Below are positions 12,293-21,306 of a DNA stretch of 44,236 nucleotides, piece after piece. The notes under the pieces are model-generated. The model had not been told where the DNA came from. It made no database searches and saw only the letters and a list, made by a program, of their open reading frames with translations. A program made the translations under genes and the position numbers. Source of the DNA: an uncultured Methanosarcinales archaeon (GTDB lineage: Archaea; Nanobdellota; Nanobdellia; Woesearchaeales; UBA12501); contig CAYNHV010000008.1 of NCBI GenBank assembly GCA_964397315.1, positions 1 through 44,236 on the forward strand, given 5' to 3'. Positions within the stretch are counted from its first letter, which is position 1. Each line of letters opens with the position of its first letter.

Positions 12293-13195
12293 TTAATACC
12301 TCCATGAGTTATACATTTGTGTGGCTTCCTTATCACTTATTACGCTGAACCTGCGGTGTTTTATGTCAAAAGTATGGTAAGCGGGGTCTGCCAGTATCCG
12401 CCCCCTTTCAGTGTCAACAGCGGCGCAGCCGTGATGCACTTTTTTGTTCCTGTTGTCCCTTTTCACGCTGACATAGTTGGACTTAAGGCCGCAGCTTCTT
12501 GCCATTGTTATGTACAAATAGGCCATCTCTCCACAGATTCCCTCTTTTGTGCTGAGAACCTCTTTTGAGTTCTTGTATCTGTACATGCCTCTCCCTCCCT
12601 CCCCATACTGTATGTTCTGCTCAATCCAGTCAAATATTGCCTTTGCTTTTTCATGATCGCTCCTACTGCCTCTCGTGTGTTTCTTTATTAGTTTCATAAG
12701 CTCTGAATCAATGATGAAAGGATTGCTGACGCAGCCTTCTGTCACTGCCAGCTGGTATCCTCCACATATACCACCCACATCAAGCTTATCATCAGGCTCA
12801 CCATAAAAGCTCCTGTAACTTTCCTTTATCTCTCTGACCAGCTCTGGATTAGGTTCAGGAAGAGATACAGGAGACACAGTGTACAGTTTTTTTACTGTGG
12901 AGTCTTTTCTTATCTCATTGATCATTTCAGATGAGGATACTGTCTCATCCAGGCTATGATAATCGCCCCCATATTTCCCTTTCCTGTCCCTCCTAATCTC
13001 TGTTATAAGGATGCCTTCCCTGCCCCCTGCATGACACTTGTTCTCCCTTACTTTCTCCACTATGTTAGAGTTCCTTCTGCTCCCAAATCCTTTAAAAAAT
13101 CTTGAACTCCTGCTTTGAGGGCCAGATCTGTCCCTTCTACTACAGAATCCTCTTGCTTTTTCCCTTCTGATCAGATCAGTGATATCATCTGCCAT
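12293..13195 (-). CDS. Soluble transglutaminase-like cysteine protease (paralog of 10240-11355)
   Basis: GICGEMAYLYITMAR / HGCAA / LADPAYHTFDI. Confidence 0.85.
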   Translation of the reverse strand: MADDITDLIRREKARGFCSRRDRSGPQSRSSRFFKGFGSRRNSNIVEKVRENKCHAGGREGILITEIRRDRKGKYGGDYHSLDETVSSSEMINEIRKDSTVKKLYTVSPVSLPEPNPELVREIKESYRSFYGEPDDKLDVGGICGGYQLAVTEGCVSNPFIIDSELMKLIKKHTRGSRSDHEKAKAIFDWIEQNIQYGEGGRGMYRYKNSKEVLSTKEGICGEMAYLYITMARSCGLKSNYVSVKRDNRNKKVHHGCAAVDTERGRILADPAYHTFDIKHRRFSVISDKEATQMYNSWRY

Positions 13196-13207
13196 GGTTT
13201 TCAGGCC

Positions 13208-15751
13208 TCAATCCCATACTTTCAGCTCATCACCAGGCATTATGCAGTGGGGGTTCTTCTCATTCCACTCTCCATTAACCCTGCAGTTTCCCACTTCATA
13301 ATCAGCCTGTTTTCCCTTCCCATTAAGCTGGGCAAGCTCGTCTGTCTTGAGGTATATCCTGCTGTTGGAAGGATCCATATCCTCTGATCCCAGATAATTC
13401 TTTGTGATATCCCACAGAGTCTCTCCATTCTCAACAACATGGACTCTGTAAGGCTGTACATGACTCTCTTTATTGAGTGCGTCTCCCCCCTCTTCGCTTT
13501 GAGGGCCTGCTGCAGAATCGTCATACTGGAGGGCTGCAACTGTGGACGGCGTTACAGGAGCATTATTCTGCTGGGTCTTGTACCACCCCATGAGTGAGGT
13601 GAAGGAGATAGCTCCTATGAGAAGTCCCACAGCAAAAGCCTTTTTTCCTCTATTTAAGGTGCTCTTGAGGGCGGAATACCCACCCCCCATAACATTCCTG
13701 CACCTGCTGATACCTTCTCCAACAGAGGATGCTATTCTGGAATAATACTCAGAGAGCTTGTCTCCAACACTTCCCAAAAGGCCTGAATAATCCGTTCTGC
13801 TGGGAGGCCTGAAACCATTATCCCCCCTATCGTAGCTTATAGGAGCGTCTGGAAACTCGTAAGAGTCTCTTCCCTGCTGACAGACAGGAGATAATATCTC
13901 AGCCAGTGTGGTTGTCTGAGGATCAACTACAGGAGTGTTTACCGAGCCGGTGTCCCTTGTGCTTAAGTTTTCCAGCGTCCTCTCAAGATTATCAAACCTT
14001 CCCCACATCCTGTTGTACATAGTCTCCTGTTGTTGCTTCATATCCTGCAGAATACTTTCCAGCTGCTGGCAGCTGTATTCCAGACTCATGTACCTGTCCA
14101 GTTCAACCTCCAGAACATCAATTCGCGACCTCAACTCCTGATTTTCCTGCCTGAGGAGTGATACCTCCCTCTCAAGGGGAGATTCCTCTTGTGAAGCTGC
14201 GCTTCTTTTCCTCCTCGCCCTGTCTTTTTTTATTTCCTCAACTAAATCCTTATTGGAGTTGCAGTTTATGTTTACTTCTTCATTTTTTTTTCCTACCCCC
14301 TTAGGGAGTGAATCAGAAGGCTTTTGAGGGCTGTAACCTCCGCCAGGATCTTTCATCTCTTCCATTTTCTCATAAGATATGGGCGCAGAAGATGAGGGAA
14401 ATTTTCTCTCACGGCCCTCTTTGCAGGCATTGCCCAGTCTGCCAGCAATATCCTCCAGATAGGCTGCTGCAGGCTCTAAGTTTTCCACACTCTCCGCCTC
14501 TCCATGAGATATGTCCCCCTTTACAGTATTCAACAGATTTTTGGCATTATAACAGCCGTCCCACAACACGTCGAGATTTTCATCATAAGACTCATCTCCA
14601 TCAATTACTTCCTTGGCCTTCCTGACCAAGTTAATTTTGCCTGAATTATAACCCAGATTTTCCAGCAAGACCAGAGGGTCTGTCACCTGCTCTCTGGAAA
14701 CATCCTCCTCTGTGTCCTCTGGTAATCTTTTGTCGCTATATGGAGTAATTTTATCAACAATGCTTTCTCTTTTCTTGCCATCCTCCCTTCCCATGTCAAA
14801 TATTCCGGATTTCCTGCTGTCAGCATAATCTTTTATGGGCATGCCGTCAACATTGACGCAGTCATAAATCTCATCCCTCAGCACCTTCTCGTCAAGAGTT
14901 ATGCCATTGGTTTCGTCTACCAGCTCCAGACTAAGCTGGTCATCCCCCAGCTCAATGTAATTGTCAGAGAACGGAGCCTCCTGCACAAGCGCTCTCAGGC
15001 TGCATGCGGGAGGCTCTGCCGGCTGATCATTAGCTCTCTCAAGCTGTCTTGCTGTGGTCTCATTAGTTACTATGCTGTTTATATAACACAGGCCTTTTTC
15101 CAGGGGAAAGGTTATGCCCCCCACAGCATCCCTAAAATATTTTTCCAGCATTTCAGCCATTCGGTCATCAATCCCTTCCTTCAACTCAAAGCTTATTCTA
15201 GATGGAATACTGTGCCTCAGTTCACTGGCCTTGACATAAGGGTCAATATTTTTTTCTATGATCAGATTATCGCCTTCCCTTCTTGCTGTAAAATCGTCTT
15301 TACTAAAGAGATTATGATAATTTCCCACATGAAGGTAGTTTGGAAGGGAGCTTCTATTGGATGTGTAGATACCCCTCAAATTAGTCATGTCCTCATCTGA
15401 ATGAAAAACACCGGCTGAAGCATGGCTGTGCCACAATCCCAAAACATTCATGCCTATCTCTTTTATGAGAGGATAATTTCTTGCAAGGTTATGGTTCCCT
15501 CCAGCCAATTGTTTGATTTCCTGGTTTCTTATGAGAAACGCGTCTTGTGTAATATTGTCCTCCCTATGGGGAGATGTTAAAAGGAAGCATGCTACTTCAT
15601 AAGGCGTTCCAATTATATCTCTTATAATCTTATGATACATATTCAACTTCTTAAATGTCTCATTGGTGATTCTTACAGTGTTCAGATATTTCTTAATCTC
15701 TTTTATTCTCCTGCTTTCTTCCAGTTTTTGAGCTATATCCATTCTTATCAC
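13208..15751 (-). CDS. JAB/MPN+ metalloprotease - coiled coil - TM - LysM fusion
   Basis: YEVACFLL plus WHSHASAGVFHSDED (exact HxH-x7-S-x2-D); TM AFAVGLLIGAISFTSLMGW; LysM HVVENGETLWDI...IMPGDELKV. Confidence 0.85.
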   Translation of the reverse strand: MIRMDIAQKLEESRRIKEIKKYLNTVRITNETFKKLNMYHKIIRDIIGTPYEVACFLLTSPHREDNITQDAFLIRNQEIKQLAGGNHNLARNYPLIKEIGMNVLGLWHSHASAGVFHSDEDMTNLRGIYTSNRSSLPNYLHVGNYHNLFSKDDFTARREGDNLIIEKNIDPYVKASELRHSIPSRISFELKEGIDDRMAEMLEKYFRDAVGGITFPLEKGLCYINSIVTNETTARQLERANDQPAEPPACSLRALVQEAPFSDNYIELGDDQLSLELVDETNGITLDEKVLRDEIYDCVNVDGMPIKDYADSRKSGIFDMGREDGKKRESIVDKITPYSDKRLPEDTEEDVSREQVTDPLVLLENLGYNSGKINLVRKAKEVIDGDESYDENLDVLWDGCYNAKNLLNTVKGDISHGEAESVENLEPAAAYLEDIAGRLGNACKEGRERKFPSSSAPISYEKMEEMKDPGGGYSPQKPSDSLPKGVGKKNEEVNINCNSNKDLVEEIKKDRARRKRSAASQEESPLEREVSLLRQENQELRSRIDVLEVELDRYMSLEYSCQQLESILQDMKQQQETMYNRMWGRFDNLERTLENLSTRDTGSVNTPVVDPQTTTLAEILSPVCQQGRDSYEFPDAPISYDRGDNGFRPPSRTDYSGLLGSVGDKLSEYYSRIASSVGEGISRCRNVMGGGYSALKSTLNRGKKAFAVGLLIGAISFTSLMGWYKTQQNNAPVTPSTVAALQYDDSAAGPQSEEGGDALNKESHVQPYRVHVVENGETLWDITKNYLGSEDMDPSNSRIYLKTDELAQLNGKGKQADYEVGNCRVNGEWNEKNPHCIMPGDELKVWD

Positions 15752-17181
15752 CTTCTGACAGGTTCCGCAGGTCTTAAGGCAAGCCTTTCCTTGTCCTGGG
15801 ATATTCCCTTGAAATGCACATACTTATCATAGTTCATCGTGTAATTGGCAGGGAACATCAATGCAACTGCTTCTGCAGCTTTTACTCCTCCTACTAATGC
15901 ATTAGGCGGGAGCACGCTGGGATTGCAGTGCTCTGTCCTCGGGACTTCATTTGCTGCAAGTTCCTCCAGACCAAATATTTCATTCAAATCTTTATTAAAG
16001 CCAGGAACATAATAATTGATTCTACCCCAATCCAGCCCCACTGCTCCGTCAAAGAGAGGTATGCTGCTGTGCATCGCCGCATCATTCAGTAACTTTCTGG
16101 GAGTCCACCTGTCCACCTCGCTGAAAAGAATATCATAACCTTCTTCAGATATTCTGTCCATTGAATCCTCATCTATAAACTCGTCAAATCCCCTTACCTC
16201 CGCATCAGGATTTATTTTTGAGAGCCTCTCGGCAAGAGAAGACGCCTTGGGCTTTCCCACTTTCCCGTAAAAGAATATCTGTCGGTTCCTGTTATGATCC
16301 TCTACTGTATCGCCATCATAGATATCTATTCTTCCAAAGCCTGTTAATGCCAGATTAAGGGCTGTATAAGTGCCTGTTCCCCCCGCTCCCACAACCAAAA
16401 CCTTCTTTTCTTTAAGCTGTGCCAAGTCAGGAAGGCTGTTTTCCTCTGTGCCGTCATTTTTTCTCTGTTGATGGAACCTTTCAGGAGCATACAAACCAAA
16501 GCTTGTCCAGGCTTTTAGGGGATAATCAAGCTCAAGAGGGCTCAAAACCTTTCTTATCTCATCAGCGCATAAGGCAGCTATCAGTCCGCTGGAGAAGGAT
16601 CCCTGCTCTTTTCTCTTGTATGATGGCATGTCAAAATAATCATAGTAATCCTTTCCGAGTATCCTGCTTACTGACTCATCTTTTGAAAGTCCCCTGTTTT
16701 TAGACAGCGCCTTCTCCACAGGACTCATCCTCCTTGGAGGAGTATAGATTCCTATAGCCGAGGAATCAAAATCACTTCCCAGGCTGATGACTTTTTTTAT
16801 TCTTCCATTGCATTTCTTGTTCAGCTCTTCCGCCATTTTCCTGTAGTTCCTTTTGGAAGTAGGATCATTTGTGCATTCCACCACTACATCAGCGTCGCTT
16901 AGCATGTCAATCTTGTCTTCTATGCTTATCTCTTCATTCATCTTGGACATTGCTTCTTTAAGCTTGGACTTTCTGGAGCCAATTCTGTTTCCAAGAGCAT
17001 AGAGAAACCCATGATTATCTTCTTGTTTGTAAGTGTCCACCAGGGTTATAGTGCCCACACCAAGACCGCACAGGTAAGCGCAGAGATAATTGGCAATAGC
17101 GCCTCCTCCAACTACAGCTACTTTTCCTTTGCTCACTTTTTCCTGGTCAAAGACCCCGCTTTGCCGCGATAAATCCACCAT
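15748..17181 (-). CDS. E1-like enzyme with tandem ThiF/MoeB adenylation domains
   Basis: LSRQ..VVGGGAIA (domain 1, degenerate); VVGAGGTG, DGDTVEDHNRNRQ, GKPKA, candidate catalytic Cys in TEHCNP (domain 2). Confidence 0.9.
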   Translation of the reverse strand: MVDLSRQSGVFDQEKVSKGKVAVVGGGAIANYLCAYLCGLGVGTITLVDTYKQEDNHGFLYALGNRIGSRKSKLKEAMSKMNEEISIEDKIDMLSDADVVVECTNDPTSKRNYRKMAEELNKKCNGRIKKVISLGSDFDSSAIGIYTPPRRMSPVEKALSKNRGLSKDESVSRILGKDYYDYFDMPSYKRKEQGSFSSGLIAALCADEIRKVLSPLELDYPLKAWTSFGLYAPERFHQQRKNDGTEENSLPDLAQLKEKKVLVVGAGGTGTYTALNLALTGFGRIDIYDGDTVEDHNRNRQIFFYGKVGKPKASSLAERLSKINPDAEVRGFDEFIDEDSMDRISEEGYDILFSEVDRWTPRKLLNDAAMHSSIPLFDGAVGLDWGRINYYVPGFNKDLNEIFGLEELAANEVPRTEHCNPSVLPPNALVGGVKAAEAVALMFPANYTMNYDKYVHFKGISQDKERLALRPAEPVRR

Positions 17182-17191
17182 CTTAACCCCC

Positions 17192-18493
17192 TCAAAAACT
17201 CTTTATTCGGAGCTTGTTAGATATTTTACCCCTATCTACCTGATCAGACCTTAAAAGATGATCCTTCCAATAATTACCTTCGTCATGGAATGATTTCCAC
17301 TCAGGACCTCCTGAATAACCCATAGTAAATGTGTTTACCACAGAATTCATTATGTTGCATATAGTATAAGCGAACTCCTCTGATGTGCAACTAGTAGGTC
17401 TTCCTTTTTCTCCTCCCTTATTAGATTCATAAGACCCCGTGCATATAGGTTCATATCCTGAATCATTCTGGACAGAAGGATGTTTTATTTTGTTTATCAA
17501 GAGAGGGGTATCAATTCTGATATTTTGCCCCTCCTTTTTCACAGGAATCCCTATAAGAGCAGGATCTTTGCCGAATTCAGGACCAAACCCATAATATCCT
17601 TTGCCTCTTGGATCATAGAATATATAGCTCTTGTCTACCAGAGCGCATACATAAAACTTATCATCAGATACTTTAAAGCCTATTTTCTTTTCTGGATGTA
17701 TATATTCTCTTCTGTTAAGAAGGCCTACAATTTCCTCCTGTTTTGCGATGTCCTCCAGCTCTCTTGAGAAAGAACTGTTCCTGCTCATAAGATTCTTTTT
17801 TATGTTTTCTTTTATTCTGTTTTTGTACTCTCTCTCAAACGCTTCCAGATCAAAAGGCGACCCGCTCCTCATTTTATACATTCTGTTATTTATATAAAAG
17901 AGATTGTTCTTCTGGGAGGGGTTATTCTCGTCTCTCAAAGGAAATTTCATTCCATTCATGAGCAGAGAATTCTCATTTAAGGATTCCACTATGACTGGCT
18001 TGTCTGAAAGCACATCAAGAGGGTTGTTCCCCCCATCATCTTTTATTATAACATTCCCAATCCGCGCATTTCTTGGGTCGGAGCTTTCTGGCTTGTCTTT
18101 CCCTCCTGATGATCTTTTTTTCTCAGGATCATATCTGGGAACTACTTCTTCAATAACCTTTTTTGCAAAGAAGAAATTATCACCCATCCTGAGGAGGCTT
18201 TCCTGTTTTTCCAACACCCCTTTATGTTTGGAGCTTACGATGTCCTCCAGCGAGGATTTGAGGTGTGAATCAAGAGCGCGGAAATTTTTATTCAGGTAAA
18301 GCTTCTCTAAGTCAGCGATTGCCGGACCTCTTTCAATACCAAAAGCTCTGCCATGCCAGTTGTAATAATCTTTATGGCCATTTCTCTCAGGTATTACTGT
18401 GTGCATTCTGCAGTCCGCTATAACCACAGCTCTCTTGGCCACATTCAGCTTTTCCTTTAGATAGGCATACACTGTAGTTTGAGGCAGGTCCAT
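17192..18493 (-). CDS. Putative E2 (UBC-like) C-terminal domain protein
   Basis: P..INKIKHPSV-x6-EPICTG resembles the E2 HP(N)...IC active-site motif, preceded by beta-rich and followed by helical sequence; lies between the Ubl genes and E1. Confidence 0.55.
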   Translation of the reverse strand: MDLPQTTVYAYLKEKLNVAKRAVVIADCRMHTVIPERNGHKDYYNWHGRAFGIERGPAIADLEKLYLNKNFRALDSHLKSSLEDIVSSKHKGVLEKQESLLRMGDNFFFAKKVIEEVVPRYDPEKKRSSGGKDKPESSDPRNARIGNVIIKDDGGNNPLDVLSDKPVIVESLNENSLLMNGMKFPLRDENNPSQKNNLFYINNRMYKMRSGSPFDLEAFEREYKNRIKENIKKNLMSRNSSFSRELEDIAKQEEIVGLLNRREYIHPEKKIGFKVSDDKFYVCALVDKSYIFYDPRGKGYYGFGPEFGKDPALIGIPVKKEGQNIRIDTPLLINKIKHPSVQNDSGYEPICTGSYESNKGGEKGRPTSCTSEEFAYTICNIMNSVVNTFTMGYSGGPEWKSFHDEGNYWKDHLLRSDQVDRGKISNKLRIKSF

Positions 18494-18540
18494 TTTCTCT
18501 CCAAAAGCAGGAATCCATACAAAAATCACAAAAAAGAGTA

Positions 18541-18981
18541 CTAATCGCGCTGGCGGTACATATCCTTGCCTTGTATACCTCCTGGCTTTCCTAACACCAT
18601 GTCTATGCAGTCATACTCCTCTCCTGTTGGGAGGGTTCTGGAGTCAATATAAGGCTCTATCTTGTAGTCTATACCAAGATTTTCACTGCCTTCAGAATCC
18701 CTTATAGGTTTAAATTCTCCACCGTTATCCTTGTAGGCCATAAAATGACAGGGGTTCTCAGAGTGCTGTCTCAAACTGCTTTTCACATTGTCAGCAGTCT
18801 CGCCCTGTCGGGGAGTCATATCGTCCTTGTTCTTGGTGAGGTACTCTGCAACCTCCTGGAATGTCTTGTCTTTAAAATCCTCCCCTAACTCTTTGATCAC
18901 TGCATACTCATTCCTTTCATCCTCACTTCTGCTTAAATCTTCTTCTGTCAGAAGCATTCCCACAAAATTTCTCTCGCTCAT
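18541..18981 (-). CDS. Ubiquitin-like protein B (GG + 11-aa tail)
   Basis: C-terminus CIDMVLGKPGG|IQGKDMYRQRD; paralog of 19026-19457; start after GGAGGT. Confidence 0.6.
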   Translation of the reverse strand: MSERNFVGMLLTEEDLSRSEDERNEYAVIKELGEDFKDKTFQEVAEYLTKNKDDMTPRQGETADNVKSSLRQHSENPCHFMAYKDNGGEFKPIRDSEGSENLGIDYKIEPYIDSRTLPTGEEYDCIDMVLGKPGGIQGKDMYRQRD

Positions 18982-19025
18982 TTTACCAACCTCCGGTTTG
19001 TTTTTATTTCTCAAATAGATGAGTA

Positions 19026-19457
19026 TTAATCACACCCACCTATTAGGCCAATTACTATGTCTATGCAGTCGTATTCCTCTCCTGAAGGGAGGGTTCTGGT
19101 GTCTATGTAAGGCCTTATTTTATCTTCTATGTTACGCTCTTCATTTCCATCAACATCTCTTACAGCTGTAACTCCTTCCTCATCTTCTTTGTAAGCTATA
19201 AAATAACAGATCATTTTTTGAGGTAATTCTTTATTATGGCATTCTAACATTGATTTTGTTTTGTTAGCGGTCTCTCTTTGCTGGGCAGACAAATCCTCCA
19301 AATCTTCAGCTAGGTCTTCCGCAACCTCCTGGAATGTCTTGTCTTTATAATCCTCCCCTAACTCTTTGATCATAGCATATTCACTCCTTTCATCCTCGCT
19401 TCTGCTACATAAATCTTCTTCACTCAAAAGCATCCCCACAAAACTTCTCTCGCTCAT
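19026..19457 (-). CDS. Ubiquitin-like protein A (GG + 2-aa tail)
   Basis: C-terminus CIDIVIGLIGG|CD (cf. ubiquitin TLHLVLRLRGG); KTFQEV helix start; NIEDKIRPY (cf. LEDGRTLSDY). Confidence 0.62.
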   Translation of the reverse strand: MSERSFVGMLLSEEDLCSRSEDERSEYAMIKELGEDYKDKTFQEVAEDLAEDLEDLSAQQRETANKTKSMLECHNKELPQKMICYFIAYKEDEEGVTAVRDVDGNEERNIEDKIRPYIDTRTLPSGEEYDCIDIVIGLIGGCD

Positions 19458-19499
19458 TTTACCAACCTCTGGTTTGTTTTGTTTTTATAAGGTAAACTA

Positions 19500-20591
19500 T
19501 CATCTTTTAAGATACTCTATATCCCTCCTTGTTCTCTCCTCAAGCTGTTGGTTATTGATTGAATCTTCCCTTCTTGCTCTTGCCAGAGCGTTCTCAGTAT
19601 CCCCCATTGTCCTGTCATATGCGTCTGTTATAGATGACCTTAACATCTTCATGGCTTTTGAGACCTTCATAGTGGCCAGTTTGTGCAGCTCTCCGGAGAA
19701 TTGTGTCACTGATGTTACCTGCTTGTAGACATCATCCCCCACCTGCTGCAGGCCGTACATCATGAGGTAAGGCCCTATAAACCTCTCAAGCCGCCTCTGG
19801 ATCCTTCTTGTCCTGTCGCACATTCTTCGGTATGTGAAGTAATTGGCCATGAATAAATTCTTGAAATCCTTGGACATTCTTATGTCAGCAACATCGTCAG
19901 AGACAGTGTCAAGGGATTTGAGATACTGAAGATAGAGTGTGTTTATCTCACTTTCCTTACTCTCAAGCTCAGTGTCAATTTTTTTCGCCTTCTCACTGAG
20001 AGGATTGTCATTAGGAAACTGAGCTTTCAATTTTTCATATTCCGCTGTTTTTTTTGTTATGTCACTCTCTAAACTTGCCAGGGACCCCTTGCTCTCTACA
20101 GCCTCATCGTAAATCTCGCTCCTGAAGTTCGCCATGTCATGGATGTATTTCCAGCAATTGTTCAGCATAGCTTCTAAATCCTGGTTAAGGTTTTTCACTA
20201 TCACCAGCTCTCTTTGAAAAATCCTGTCCACAGTGGGCTTCTCTGTGCCAAAGAGCTTGTTACTCATGTAATCTGATAATTTCATGAATGGCCTTGTTAT
20301 GGGATACTTGCCTTTTAGAATCTCTCTGTGAAGGGCTTTTTGGCATGTCAGGAGATCTCCTGTTCTCTCTGCAAACTCGTTGTAAAGCACTACACCATAA
20401 GTGGTGGGAGATGTGGAGGTATCCATGCTTGCCACGCTCTCGTGTAAATTCCTGCCCTCAGAGGTGACATTTCCAGGATATACCTCTGGATGCATTACAC
20501 TAGAAGAAGAGCTCACTCTGCTGTTTTCAGTGTCTCTCACTTTCTTCTTCCCCTTGTCTTCCCTGACTTTCTTCAATAAATCATCGCTCAT
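19500..20591 (-). CDS. All-helical coiled-coil protein (weakly TelA/KlaA-like)
   Basis: 363-aa ORF in the operon with heptad-rich helices; family guess rests on size and layout only. Confidence 0.55.
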   Translation of the reverse strand: MSDDLLKKVREDKGKKKVRDTENSRVSSSSSVMHPEVYPGNVTSEGRNLHESVASMDTSTSPTTYGVVLYNEFAERTGDLLTCQKALHREILKGKYPITRPFMKLSDYMSNKLFGTEKPTVDRIFQRELVIVKNLNQDLEAMLNNCWKYIHDMANFRSEIYDEAVESKGSLASLESDITKKTAEYEKLKAQFPNDNPLSEKAKKIDTELESKESEINTLYLQYLKSLDTVSDDVADIRMSKDFKNLFMANYFTYRRMCDRTRRIQRRLERFIGPYLMMYGLQQVGDDVYKQVTSVTQFSGELHKLATMKVSKAMKMLRSSITDAYDRTMGDTENALARARREDSINNQQLEERTRRDIEYLKR

Positions 20592-20597
20592 TCTGAA

Positions 20598-21050
20598 TCA
20601 CCTTTTATAGCCCTCTTTGATATCATCCACAACCTCATCAAGAGCTTTGTTGCCCTCTCTCAGCTTCTTGCCAAGCCGGAAGCCAAAGCCTTTTTTTCCT
20701 CCCTGCTCATTGCCTCCCAGCTGGTTTCCATTGCCCCCCTCATAGGCTGTTATGCAGGTCACCCTCTCCTTCAGAGTGTAAAGTGCGCATTCCTCAGGAC
20801 CCCCTATCAAGAGCTGGCCGTCTCGCTCATGAACAGGAATCCTGTCGCTGCCGTCCTCAACATAGGTCTCAAGCTTTCTGTCCCTCTCCACATATTCTAT
20901 GCTTATGTTCTTTGCTCTCTCCCATGGAGGGAACCCCTCTGCCGGCTTCAGCCCCGAATATGCTGCCTTATTGCAGCTTTGAGCTCCATAAAGCGTGGCT
21001 GCTGCTGTAGCCCCCACAACAATAGCGTATTTCATTATCTTTCCAATCAT
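20598..21050 (-). CDS. Small protein with N-terminal signal/TM segment
   Basis: MIGKIMKYAIVVGATAAATLYGAQSC; first gene of the operon. Confidence 0.65.
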   Translation of the reverse strand: MIGKIMKYAIVVGATAAATLYGAQSCNKAAYSGLKPAEGFPPWERAKNISIEYVERDRKLETYVEDGSDRIPVHERDGQLLIGGPEECALYTLKERVTCITAYEGGNGNQLGGNEQGGKKGFGFRLGKKLREGNKALDEVVDDIKEGYKR

Positions 21051-21079
21051 AGCTTACACCCTGACAGGCATATAGTAAT

Positions 21080-21220
21080 GCATTTTTAATAACTGTTTTC
21101 AGAGCAAAACCGGAAGTGTTGCAGAAAAAGCGGAATGTATCCGGAAATTATGAAAATAATCTGTCAGAACAAATAAATACCTGAAATTTTTCCGGAAATA
21201 ATGGAAGAATATTAGTGGTT
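21080..21220 (-). promoter_or_regulatory. Promoter/operator region copy 1
   Basis: TATA-like TTATTAAAA on the minus strand plus CAAAACCGGAA..CAGAAAAAGCGGAAT, repeated at 21988-22128. Confidence 0.6.
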
Positions 21221-21306
21221 TTTTGGTTTGTTCTTTTTTAAGAGCGCTTCAATCTTTTCGTCTGCTACGCCACCCTGAATGCTTTAAAAAGGAGTTACTC
21301 TATTAA

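Noticed and set aside
15748..19457. Thiamine/molybdopterin/tRNA-thiolation sulfur-carrier operon
   Set aside because: No thiG/moaE/ncs6/rhodanese/desulfurase nearby; a duplicated E1, E2-like gene and JAB fit conjugation better (not fully excluded)
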